From an uncultured Planctomycetales bacterium (GTDB taxonomy: Bacteria; Omnitrophota; Gorgyraeia; Zapsychrales; Fredricksoniimonadaceae), in assembly GCA_964483785.1 (NCBI GenBank), contig CAZACW010000008.1, positions 1 to 60,972 on the forward strand: DNA of 60,972 bases, read 5' to 3'. Numbering within the stretch: position 1 is the stretch's first letter; each line of letters opens with the position of its first letter. Below are positions 25,725 to 34,451 of the stretch, one piece after another. A model generated the notes under the pieces. That model did no database searches, had not been told where the DNA came from, and worked only from the letters and a program-made list of their open reading frames with translations. Made by a program: the position numbers and the translations under genes.

Positions 25725-25898
25725 ATGGAGAAATTATCGTTCTATGATGTGAAAACCAAGGCCAAATTTGAAACCGATACCTACTCCGTAAAGGAAAAAG
25801 GCGGGCGTTTTTTTGCCGTTACCAAGTCCCTGAAAGGTTCGCATGAGTGCTGGCGCGTGTTAAGCAAGGACCAGGCCGCCAAACTTAAAAAGAAATAG
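25725..25898 (+). CDS. Small basic protein (57 aa), function unknown; absent from the ORF track
   Basis: MEKLSFYDVKTKAKFETDTYSVKEKGGRFFAVTKSLKGSHECWRVLSKDQAAKLKKK. The SD TAAGGAGG lies 5 nt upstream. It has its own consensus-like promoter and is lysine-rich. Confidence 0.65.
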   Translation: MEKLSFYDVKTKAKFETDTYSVKEKGGRFFAVTKSLKGSHECWRVLSKDQAAKLKKK

Positions 25899-25915
25899 GT
25901 ACCAAGGAAGATTTT

Positions 25916-26323
25916 ATTCGCCAGAAGGTTTTAACTTCTAAAGCATTAGCCCAAAAAGTAGCAAGATTTGCGGATGACGTCAAGGCGCAGGACATTGTGA
26001 TTCTGGACATGCGCCATTTGGTTAACTTTTGCGACTATTTTGTCATCGCCACAGGGACCTCTGACCGCCAGGTCAAGGCCGTTGCCGAAGGCATTGAAGA
26101 GGGCCTGGCCGGCGAGGGGATCCAGGCGCACCTCGGCCGAAGCTTAAAGTCCCTGGGCGGTCTGGAACATTCCCAGGAAAACGGCGCCTGGATATTGCTG
26201 GACATGGGGGACGTGGTGGCCCATATTTTCGAGCCCCAGGCCCGCGCATTTTACGCCCTGGAACATCTCTGGCAGGACGCGCCTAAGGCAGAAATCAAGC
26301 TTAAAAAAAGAGCTAAAGGATAA
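25916..26323 (+). CDS. rsfS: Ribosomal silencing factor RsfS (Iojap family); start probably a non-canonical ATT
   Basis: The conserved core is DIVILDMRHLVNFCDYFVIATGTSDRQVKAVAEGI. The track starts at GTG 25997, but the family-typical N-terminus (LAQKVARFADDVKAQ) is encoded in frame upstream. That upstream stretch has no ATG, GTG or TTG after the stop at 25886-25888. An ATT at 25916 follows the SD AAGGAAG by 5 nt. Confidence 0.75.
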   Translation: MRQKVLTSKALAQKVARFADDVKAQDIVILDMRHLVNFCDYFVIATGTSDRQVKAVAEGIEEGLAGEGIQAHLGRSLKSLGGLEHSQENGAWILLDMGDVVAHIFEPQARAFYALEHLWQDAPKAEIKLKKRAKG

Positions 26324-26405
26324 GCGTTCAGCGATCAGCGTTAGGCGATCAGTAATAAGCATTTATTCTGACCCTTGAACGCTTTTCCCTGAACGCTTAT
26401 TTATT

Positions 26406-28076
26406 ATGTTCGCCGAGACCCGCCGCCAATTGCAGGCACTCATTGCCGCGTCCCTCAAATCCCTGGAAGGGGCGGGGGACGTGCCTGTCTTGATTGATGT
26501 GCCTGCGGACAAACAGCACGGCGAATTTTCCTGCAATGCGGCCCTGCAATTGGGCCGTGTCTTAAAAAAAAGCCCTTTAAGCATAGCCCAGCAGATCCTG
26601 CCCGGCTTGCAAGCTTCGGTCCAATCCAGCCCCTTACATCCTTTCATCCGCAGCATCGAGATCAAGGCCCCGGGCTTTATCAATTTTTATCTCTCCACAG
26701 AAGGATTTTATCAGGTCTTATATGATGTACTGCGCCGTCAGCAGGATTACGGCTGTTCGGATTATGGGGCCGGCCTTTCCTTTTGCCTGGAATTTGTCAG
26801 CGCCAATCCCACCGGGCCCTTGACCGTGGCCCATGGCCGCCAGGCCGCGGTGGGGGACAGCCTGGTCAATATTCTTTTGGCCGTGGGGTTTGACGCGCGC
26901 CGGGAATATTACGTCAACGATGAGGGCAATCAGATCAATATCCTGGGCAAATCCATCCAGGCCCGCGCCCAGCAATATTTGGGCCAGGAGGTGGCCTTCC
27001 CTGAAGATGGTTATCAGGGCGATTATATCCGCGCGATGGCCGAAGCCTTTGTACAAGCCAAAGGCATCAAAACAACAGCGGATCTGAAGGAATGCCAGGA
27101 GGCGGATTTCCGGCGCTTTGGCGTGGATTATCTCATGGCCATGATCCAAAAAGACCTGGAAGATTTTGGGGTGCATTTTGATATCTGGTCTTATCAGTCC
27201 AAGATCGCGGATGCCAAGGCCATTGCCGAGGTTTTGGCGGACCTTTGCGCCAGGGGCTTTATCTATGAACAGGAAGGGGCCTGGTGGTTTAAATCGACCT
27301 TATGGGGCGATGACAAGGACAGGGTGGTCCGCAAAAGCGACGGGCAATACACGTATCTGGCCCCGGACATTGTTTATCACAAGGACAAATTCGCCAGGGG
27401 ATTCAAGCGCATCGTCAATATTTTAGGGCCTGATCATCACGGCTACATTCCCCGCATCAAGGCCGCGGCCGGGGCCCTGGGAAAATCCGTGGATGATCTG
27501 GACATCCTGATCGTGCAATTGGCCACCATTTACCGCGGCGGCAAGGAAGTGTCCATGTCCACCCGGCGGGGCGAATTCATTTCCTTGCGGGAGGTGATGG
27601 ATGAGGTGGGCCGCGACGCGGGCCGGTTTTTCTTTTTGATGCGCCAGGCCAATGCCCATCTGGAATTCGACCTGGAGCTGGCCAAAAAGCAAAGCGCGGA
27701 AAACCCGGTGTATTACATCCAGTATGCCCATGCGCGCATTCACAGCATCATCCGCAAGGCCAAGGACGAATACCATTGCGCGCCCAAGACCAAGGATTTG
27801 GGCCTCATGCAGGCCCCGGAAGAAATTGATTTAATGCGTAAAATCGGGCTTTATCCTGATATACTGATCGGGTGCGCCAAGACCCTGGAGCCGTTTTCCC
27901 TGGTCAGATATCTGCAGGAAGTGGCCGGAGCTTTCCATAAATTTTACGATTCCTGCCGCGTCCTGGATGAACACAAGGAACTTGCGTCTGAGCGGCTGGC
28001 CCTGATTGAGGCCGCGCGCATGGTGTTAGGCAATGGATTAAAATTGTTGGGAGTTTCCGCTCCTGAAAAAATGTAA
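26406..28076 (+). CDS. argS: Arginine--tRNA ligase
   Basis: 556 aa. It has the class I HIGH-region equivalent (ANPTGPLTVAHGR), the MSTRRGEF (KMSKS-like) segment and a C-terminal anticodon-binding DALR-type domain. Confidence 0.92.
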   Translation: MFAETRRQLQALIAASLKSLEGAGDVPVLIDVPADKQHGEFSCNAALQLGRVLKKSPLSIAQQILPGLQASVQSSPLHPFIRSIEIKAPGFINFYLSTEGFYQVLYDVLRRQQDYGCSDYGAGLSFCLEFVSANPTGPLTVAHGRQAAVGDSLVNILLAVGFDARREYYVNDEGNQINILGKSIQARAQQYLGQEVAFPEDGYQGDYIRAMAEAFVQAKGIKTTADLKECQEADFRRFGVDYLMAMIQKDLEDFGVHFDIWSYQSKIADAKAIAEVLADLCARGFIYEQEGAWWFKSTLWGDDKDRVVRKSDGQYTYLAPDIVYHKDKFARGFKRIVNILGPDHHGYIPRIKAAAGALGKSVDDLDILIVQLATIYRGGKEVSMSTRRGEFISLREVMDEVGRDAGRFFFLMRQANAHLEFDLELAKKQSAENPVYYIQYAHARIHSIIRKAKDEYHCAPKTKDLGLMQAPEEIDLMRKIGLYPDILIGCAKTLEPFSLVRYLQEVAGAFHKFYDSCRVLDEHKELASERLALIEAARMVLGNGLKLLGVSAPEKM

Positions 28077-28085
28077 GAGGCATTG

Positions 28086-29759
28086 ATGAAACGCTGGACT
28101 CTCCAAGCGCCCAATCCGCAATTGCGCCAAAGCTTCAGTGATGAATTAAACATCCATCCCATCATCGCCCAGCTGTTGATCAACCGCCAGATCACGACCG
28201 TACCCCAAGCCAGGGTATTTTTGTCGGCGGAGATGACCACCCTTAACAATCCCTTTTTATTGACGGACATGGACCGCGCCGTGGCCCGCATAGAATTGGC
28301 CAAGCAAAGGGCGGAGAAAATCCTGATCTTCGGCGATTATGACGTGGACGGTGTCACCTCGTCGGCCTTGCTGCGGCGTTTGTTCGATCAACTGGGCCTT
28401 GAGACCATCAATTATATCCCTCACCGCATGGAAGAAGGCTATGGCCTGAATGCGGAGGTGGCGGATTTTGCCAGGGACCAGGGCATTCACCTATTGATCA
28501 CCGTGGACTGCGGCATCAATGCCTTTGGGCCCATCGCAAGCATCAAGGCCGCCGGCATCGACGTGATCGTGATCGACCACCATGAACCCGATGGCCCTAA
28601 AATCCCCGCGGCCCTGGCGGTGATCAATCCCAAAAGACAGGACTGCCTGTATCCGTTTAAAAATTTGTCCGCCGTGGGATTGGTGGCCAAATTAATGCAG
28701 GCGATCCTGGGCGAAATCCCTAAGGAAGACCTGGATTTGGTGGCTTTAGGCACCGTGGCAGATGTGGTCCCTTTGCTCGGCGAAAACCGCGTTTTTGTCA
28801 AAAACGGCCTTCCCTTTATCGAGCGGACCAATAAGCCAGGGCTTCAAGCCCTGCTGGAAGTGGCGAAAATTGCCGGCAAAAAAATGAAGCCGTCCTATAT
28901 CGGGTTTATTTTAGGCCCCAGGATCAACGCGGCCGGCCGCATGGACTCTGCCAGGATTTCCCTGGATTTGCTCTTGTCGGAAAACGCCTCCGACGCCCAT
29001 GCCCTGGCCCGCAGCCTGGAAGCGCACAATCAAACCCGCCAAAGAATGCAGACCGAGGTGGTCTCAGAGGCCTTGCGGATGATTGAGGCGGATGAGAATT
29101 TAAAGAGCCAGGACATCATCGTGGTTCATAAGGAAGGATGGCATAAAGGGGTCTTAGGCATCGTGGCCAGCCGCATTGTGGATAAATATTACCGGCCCAC
29201 CGTGGTGATTTCCGTGGAAGAGGGGCTGGGCACCGGCTCAGCCCGTTCCATCGAGGGCTTTCATTTAAATGAAGCGTTAGGCGCCTGTTCCTGGGCCCTG
29301 GAAAATTTCGGCGGGCATAAAAGGGCCGCGGGACTGCGTCTGAAACATGATAATATCGAGGCCTTTCGCATTGCAATCAATGCCTTTGCCCAGCAGGCCC
29401 TGACCCAGGAACAATTCATTCCCAGTTTAAATATCGACTGCGAAATCAGTTTTAAGGACATTGATATGGGCTTAGTCGAGGTGCTGGGCAGTCTGGAACC
29501 TCATGGGGAGGGCAATCCCGCGCCCTTATTTTGTTCCCGGAAGGTGACGGTCAAAAGCCCTCCGTCTGTATTGGGCAGGGACACCTTGAAATTTTGGGTC
29601 AGCGATGGCAATAAGACCTTCAGCGCCGTGGGCTTCGGCATGGGGTCCTTGAAAGATTCCGTGAAATTAGGTGCTGTGGTGGATTTGGCGTATACCTTGG
29701 GGATTGATGATTGGAACAAGGCGCCGGTTGTCCAGCTGGTATTGAAGGATATAAAATAG
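28086..29759 (+). CDS. recJ: Single-stranded-DNA-specific exonuclease RecJ
   Basis: It has the DHH motifs (IFGDYDVDGVTS, VDCG, IVIDHH) and the DHHA1 segment (GGHKRAAG). I chose the ATG at 28086; the track starts at TTG 28083. Confidence 0.9.
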   Translation: MKRWTLQAPNPQLRQSFSDELNIHPIIAQLLINRQITTVPQARVFLSAEMTTLNNPFLLTDMDRAVARIELAKQRAEKILIFGDYDVDGVTSSALLRRLFDQLGLETINYIPHRMEEGYGLNAEVADFARDQGIHLLITVDCGINAFGPIASIKAAGIDVIVIDHHEPDGPKIPAALAVINPKRQDCLYPFKNLSAVGLVAKLMQAILGEIPKEDLDLVALGTVADVVPLLGENRVFVKNGLPFIERTNKPGLQALLEVAKIAGKKMKPSYIGFILGPRINAAGRMDSARISLDLLLSENASDAHALARSLEAHNQTRQRMQTEVVSEALRMIEADENLKSQDIIVVHKEGWHKGVLGIVASRIVDKYYRPTVVISVEEGLGTGSARSIEGFHLNEALGACSWALENFGGHKRAAGLRLKHDNIEAFRIAINAFAQQALTQEQFIPSLNIDCEISFKDIDMGLVEVLGSLEPHGEGNPAPLFCSRKVTVKSPPSVLGRDTLKFWVSDGNKTFSAVGFGMGSLKDSVKLGAVVDLAYTLGIDDWNKAPVVQLVLKDIK

Positions 29760-29777
29760 GGGGGAGACAGAGTCTAT

Positions 29778-29794
29778 GCAACCCCGGGGGTTGC
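29778..29794. terminator. REP-family palindrome acting as a shared terminator-like hairpin for recJ (+) and rpmB (-)
   Basis: GCAACCCCGGGGGTTGC is a perfect palindrome. Its flanks (CTAT..GGTGG) resemble the CCATCGCAACC..GGTTGCGGAGG variant at 59351. Confidence 0.55.
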
Positions 29795-29813
29795 GGTGGT
29801 CCTGTTCCTTATT

Positions 29814-30041
29814 TTAAGCCGCGCGGGTGATTTTATTGGCCTGGATGCAGCTGGTGCAGACCAAGGCCCTTTGCACCCTGCCGTTGATGGAAATTTTGAT
29901 GCGCTGGAGATTAGGGAGCACCAAACGGAAGCTTTTACCGACGATTTTAGAACCTGCCCCGCCTTTTTTCTTTTCCATACCGCGTCTTTTGTATTTGCGG
30001 CCGGAAGCAGGGCTTTTAGCGCAGACAATGCAGGATCTCAT
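29814..30041 (-). CDS. rpmB: 50S ribosomal protein L28 (zinc-ribbon form)
   Basis: MRSCIVCAKSPASGRKYKRRGMEKKKGGAGSKIVGKSFRLVLPNLQRIKISINGRVQRALVCTSCIQANKITRAA. The CxxC...PNLQ...CxxC layout is typical of L28. The SD GAGG lies 7 nt upstream of this ATG. Confidence 0.8.
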   Translation of the reverse strand: MRSCIVCAKSPASGRKYKRRGMEKKKGGAGSKIVGKSFRLVLPNLQRIKISINGRVQRALVCTSCIQANKITRAA

Positions 30042-30139
30042 GAATGACCTCGATTGCAAAATGTTAGGGACTTAAAAATTTGAATCTTAACTATAATTGA
30101 TTAAGTTCAATTGTCAAGGTTTTTATACCTTACCAATCC

Positions 30140-31858
30140 ATGGATTTGACCCAGCTGCCCGCCTATCAAAAACGCCGTTTCGTCCCTGAAGGGGCGGATT
30201 TAACCGATGCCGCGGCTGTTCTGGCCTTGTATGAACAGCTCGAAATTCGGGAGATCGCCTCAGCCAAGGAATTGGAGCAATGGCTGTTGGACCGCTCAGA
30301 ACTGGACGCGGCCCTCTCACAAGCCGGTTCGGTCCTTTATATCCGCATGACCTGCCAGACCGATGATCCTCCGACCGCCGGCGCCTACACCAAATTCATC
30401 GAGACCGTCCCGCCGGCAGTCAAGCCTGTCAACGACCGATTAAACCGCAAATATCTTCATATGAACAAACGCTATCCTCTGGAGGCGAGGCGATACCAGG
30501 TGTATGACAGGGTCGTGAGAGCTGATATCGAACTTTTTTGCGAGGAGAATGTGCCCTTGCAGACCAAGGTGGATTTATTGAGCCAGGAATATCAGACCAT
30601 CTGCGGGGCCATGACCGTCTCCTTCGAGGGCAAGGAACAGACCCTTCCGCAAATGGCCAAATATCTGCTGGACAATGACCAGGACCTGCGGGAGCGCTCC
30701 TGGAGGGCAGCGGCCGAGCGGCGGCTCAAGGACAAGGACAAGCTTGAGAAAATATTTGAAGAGATGTTGAGCTTGCGCAATGCCATCGCCCAAAATGCCG
30801 GGTTCGAGCCGTTTACCGCTTATCAGTTTAAAGCCTATCACCGTTTTGATTATACGCCCCAAGATTGTAAAAAATACCATGAAACCGTGGAGAGGTTGAT
30901 CGTGCCCTTGCACGGCAGGATCATGGAAAAACGCCGCCAGCAGATGAAGCTAAAGACATTAAGGCCGTGGGACACGGCGGTTGATCCTATGGGCGCTGAA
31001 CCATTGGCCCCGTTTAAGCAGGTCCACGAGCTCATTCAAGGCACCCAGTCGATTTTTGATGCGCTGGACCCGGATTTCAGCGCGCAATTTCGGGAAATGG
31101 AGCAATTAGGCTTGCTGGATCTGGCCAGCCGCAAGGGCAAGGCGCCCGGCGGGTATCAAAACACTTTAAGCGAGGCCCGCAAGCCTTTTATTTTCATGAA
31201 TGCCGTCGGTATCGATGATGATGTGCGCACACTTCTGCATGAATCCGGCCATGCCTTTCACGCCCTGGCCTCGGCCCAGGACCCCATCGTTGAGTACAGG
31301 CATGCGCCCATGGAGTTTTGCGAAGTGGCTTCCATGGCCATGGAACTTTTATGCAGCCGGCATTTGGGCCGCTTTTACGGGCCGCAGGATTTGCGCCGCT
31401 CCAACCGCGAACATTTGGAAGGGATTGTCCAGACCCTGGCCTGGGTCGCCACGATTGATGCTTTTCAGCACTGGCTGTATGAACATCCCGGACATTCCCC
31501 GGATGAACGCCGGCAGGCCTGGTGCGCTTTCTATGAGCAATTCGGCGGGCAATTCATCGACTGGGAAGGGTTGACCCAGATCAGGGACCATCTCTGGCAC
31601 AGGCAGCTGCATATTTTCGAGGTGCCTTTTTATTACATCGAATACGGCATTGCCCAGCTGGGTGCTTTGCAGGTGTGGCTGAATGACCGCAGGAACGGTT
31701 CCAAGGCCCTGGCGGATTACAAGAGCGGGCTGGCGCTGGGAGGGTCTTTGTCCGTCAAAGAATTGTACAGCGCCGCCGGCATCCGTTTTGATTTTTCCGA
31801 AACGATCATCAAGCCCTTGATGGATGCCGTGGCCCAGGAATGGGAACGGCTGTCTTGA
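30140..31858 (+). CDS. pepF: M3-family oligoendopeptidase F
   Basis: 572 aa. It has the zinc motif HESGHAFH and a downstream E (EFCEVASMAMELL), and its overall length fits PepF/M3B. Confidence 0.85.
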   Translation: MDLTQLPAYQKRRFVPEGADLTDAAAVLALYEQLEIREIASAKELEQWLLDRSELDAALSQAGSVLYIRMTCQTDDPPTAGAYTKFIETVPPAVKPVNDRLNRKYLHMNKRYPLEARRYQVYDRVVRADIELFCEENVPLQTKVDLLSQEYQTICGAMTVSFEGKEQTLPQMAKYLLDNDQDLRERSWRAAAERRLKDKDKLEKIFEEMLSLRNAIAQNAGFEPFTAYQFKAYHRFDYTPQDCKKYHETVERLIVPLHGRIMEKRRQQMKLKTLRPWDTAVDPMGAEPLAPFKQVHELIQGTQSIFDALDPDFSAQFREMEQLGLLDLASRKGKAPGGYQNTLSEARKPFIFMNAVGIDDDVRTLLHESGHAFHALASAQDPIVEYRHAPMEFCEVASMAMELLCSRHLGRFYGPQDLRRSNREHLEGIVQTLAWVATIDAFQHWLYEHPGHSPDERRQAWCAFYEQFGGQFIDWEGLTQIRDHLWHRQLHIFEVPFYYIEYGIAQLGALQVWLNDRRNGSKALADYKSGLALGGSLSVKELYSAAGIRFDFSETIIKPLMDAVAQEWERLS

Positions 31859-32391
31859 TGCGCAAATTGTCCCACGAGGAAATCGTCAGCCGTCAAGTCC
31901 AGAAAGCCAATCATCCCAGACTGCCTTTGTGCGTGGTCCTCAATAATGTCCGCAGTCTGCATAATGTGGGCGCCATTTTCAGGACCGCTGACGGCGCCGG
32001 GATTGAAAAAATATGGCTGTGCGGGATCACCGGTTATCCGCCCCAGAGCGGCATTGCCAAAACAGCTTTAGGCGCTGAAAATCATGTGCCCTGGGAATAT
32101 AGGGAAGATGTCATTCAACTTCTTCAGGAATTGAAACAGCAGGGTTACCAGATCGTGCTTTTAGAGCAGATGCAGGGCAGTGTGGCCCATGATTGTTTCA
32201 AGCCCAGGCCGCCGGTGTGCCTGGTGATCGGCCACGAGGTGGAAGGGATCAGCCAGGCCCTGTCCTCCTGGACGGATGCGGCCATGGAAATCGAAATGGA
32301 AGGGATCAAGAATTCCCTGAATGTCGCGGTGGCATTCGGAGTGGCCGTGTATCAACTGCGTTCTCAATTAAAGACCATCCATTCCAGATGA
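31858..32391 (+). CDS. SpoU/TrmH-family RNA 2'-O-methyltransferase
   Basis: The ATG overlaps the pepF stop (TGATG). It has LNNVRSLHNVGAIFRTADGAG, LVIGHEVEGIS and SLNVAVAFGVAVYQL, the SPOUT motifs 1-3. Confidence 0.85.
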   Translation: MRKLSHEEIVSRQVQKANHPRLPLCVVLNNVRSLHNVGAIFRTADGAGIEKIWLCGITGYPPQSGIAKTALGAENHVPWEYREDVIQLLQELKQQGYQIVLLEQMQGSVAHDCFKPRPPVCLVIGHEVEGISQALSSWTDAAMEIEMEGIKNSLNVAVAFGVAVYQLRSQLKTIHSR

Positions 32392-34451
32392 AAACCAAGG
32401 AAATCCTTTTTTTAACAATCCCCTTTGTGCTGTGGGCCGGCTGTTTTTTTCCGTTCTTCAGGGGCCATCTGCATTTGGAAGCGGATGCCGCGCCTTACGC
32501 CGATCAAATCGGATTTTACACGGATCATTTAAGCCAGGGGGTGTTTCCGCTGTGGGGCCGCGACATGGTCAACGGCGTGCCGTATCATTTTTTCTTAAGG
32601 CGCGTCGGCGATGTCAATCCGTTCTTTTTTTTGATGGTGGCGCTGAAATGGTGCGGCGTACCTGCCTCTGCCGCCTATCTGGTTTTTCTGGGGCTGTATT
32701 ATTTTTTGGCGGGATTGGCGGTCTATTTGATCACGCGCCTGCTGCTGCAGGAGCCTTTTTACGCCTTTGTAGGCTATGTGCTTTTTCTTTTTTCCTCCTG
32801 GGGCGCGGAATTATTTTACAATTACATCATCATCATTTTCGTCCCCTTGATCTGGTTCTTTTATTTTCTGCTGTCCTTCAGCCGCCAGGCCCGCCGGCCG
32901 TATTTTTTGGGCATGTGTTTTTGCGCCGGCCTGCTGGCGACCACCTATATCCCGTTTTTCTTTTTAACGGTCCTGACGGTGTTTGTCTTTTTTATGGTCT
33001 TGTTGTACTGGAAACCGGTCGCTGAATTTTGGAAAAACAGTCTTGCCTTTATGGGCCGCAACAAGGGTCTGACGGCCTTCGGCCTGGTTTTTCTTTTGGT
33101 TTCCTGCATCCCGGCCCTGCTGTTGTACAAGGAATCCAAAAGCGGGGAATTTGTCCTGCCCGGCCGCCACTCCGGCGCTGACGCGCCCTCTGCAGTGGCC
33201 GTGGGCCTGGAAAACGCGGCCAGCGGAGACCTTGTCAGCCACGGCTATTTTGACCGGGTCTTTGATGACCACGCGAACATCGACATGGGGGACATCTTTG
33301 TCCCGTATGTGTTCTTCCTGCTTTTGCTGACAGCCATTTTGGCCAGTGCCAGCAGGCTCATCTACTTTCTGCTGTTGAATATCCTGGCGCTGTCCTTGAT
33401 CACCGTGACCTCGGCCGCCGGGGTGCACCGCTTTCTTTTTGAGCATTTGGTCATCTTCAAATATATCCGGCAATTGTATTATTTTTTCTGGCTGGCCATG
33501 CTGCCCATGGCCGTGCTGTTGTCCGTCGCCGCTTTTCAGTCGTTTATGGCACAGCTGGAGAAGTCCCCGCGGCAGGCCTGGTGGCTGATGTATCTGGTCA
33601 TGGTCCATTTGGGCTTCATGGTATTTTTGTCCACCCGCCAGGGCGTGCTGTGGGGCGCCTGGGCCGCCGTATTTTTGACCCTGGCCTATTTTTTGGTCTA
33701 TCTTTTATGCAGCCCCTCGATGTCCTATCCCGCCGGATTTGTCATCCTATTTCTGGCTGTTTTGATTCAATCCACGCAGGTTTACGGCCATTTAAAGGCC
33801 AAAATTGAAAAATCCCAGTCAGACACTGTCAGGTATTATCAGACCCATCATGTCCAGCGGACCCAAAAATTGGAATTGTATTACACCACTCCCTGGCTGC
33901 AGGATTTGATCGACCATATTAATCCGGATGTGCTGGGCGAATATCGGATGGTCCCTTTTATGATGTATGACAATGTGGCGCCCTACGAGGAGAGCCCGGA
34001 GTTTTTCCAAAAGCTCGAAACCATGATGGCCTCCGGCGCCAATCTGGCTTTTGTCCCCAAAGCGCAAAGCCATGCCAAAGACTGGGTGATTGACCCTCAG
34101 GCCGCAAGCCAGGCAGATGCGGATCCTTTACATTCCGGTCAATTGTCTATCCTGCATCAGGACACCAACACATGGATTTTAAAGTCCCATTTGTCCAAAA
34201 GTAAATTTCTGGTGATCAAGGACAATTATCACAGCCAATGGCATGCCTTGATCAACGGGCAGGCCGCGCCTGTGCTCAGGGCCGATGTGTCCTTTATCGG
34301 ATTATGGCTGCCCGCGGGCGCCTCGGACATTGTGGTCCGCTTCGCAAGCCCGGGGCGCTACTTTTTTCACATGGCCCTGGTCCTGCTTTTTGCCGGGACA
34401 TTTTTGTATTTATGTGCGCTTTTTAAAATCGAGGGACGATGGCAAGCGTGA
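32388..34451 (+). CDS. YfhO-like polytopic membrane protein (putative periplasmic glycosyl/polymer transferase)
   Basis: I chose the start MKTKEILFLTIPFVLWAG, whose ATG forms an ATGA overlap with the upstream stop. There are more than 10 hydrophobic helices. The C-terminal soluble part ends FLVIKDNYHSQWHALINGQAAPVLRADVSFIGLWLPAG...VVRFASP, which resembles the YfhO-family C-terminus. Confidence 0.65.
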   Translation: MKTKEILFLTIPFVLWAGCFFPFFRGHLHLEADAAPYADQIGFYTDHLSQGVFPLWGRDMVNGVPYHFFLRRVGDVNPFFFLMVALKWCGVPASAAYLVFLGLYYFLAGLAVYLITRLLLQEPFYAFVGYVLFLFSSWGAELFYNYIIIIFVPLIWFFYFLLSFSRQARRPYFLGMCFCAGLLATTYIPFFFLTVLTVFVFFMVLLYWKPVAEFWKNSLAFMGRNKGLTAFGLVFLLVSCIPALLLYKESKSGEFVLPGRHSGADAPSAVAVGLENAASGDLVSHGYFDRVFDDHANIDMGDIFVPYVFFLLLLTAILASASRLIYFLLLNILALSLITVTSAAGVHRFLFEHLVIFKYIRQLYYFFWLAMLPMAVLLSVAAFQSFMAQLEKSPRQAWWLMYLVMVHLGFMVFLSTRQGVLWGAWAAVFLTLAYFLVYLLCSPSMSYPAGFVILFLAVLIQSTQVYGHLKAKIEKSQSDTVRYYQTHHVQRTQKLELYYTTPWLQDLIDHINPDVLGEYRMVPFMMYDNVAPYEESPEFFQKLETMMASGANLAFVPKAQSHAKDWVIDPQAASQADADPLHSGQLSILHQDTNTWILKSHLSKSKFLVIKDNYHSQWHALINGQAAPVLRADVSFIGLWLPAGASDIVVRFASPGRYFFHMALVLLFAGTFLYLCALFKIEGRWQA

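Noticed and set aside
32193-32387. The N-terminal 65-aa extension of the YfhO-like ORF as listed in the track (start 32193).
   Set aside because: The extension overlaps the 3' third of the TrmH-like gene in another frame and is Gly/Arg/Pro-rich. The ATG at 32388 gives an ATGA overlap and a typical hydrophobic N-terminus.
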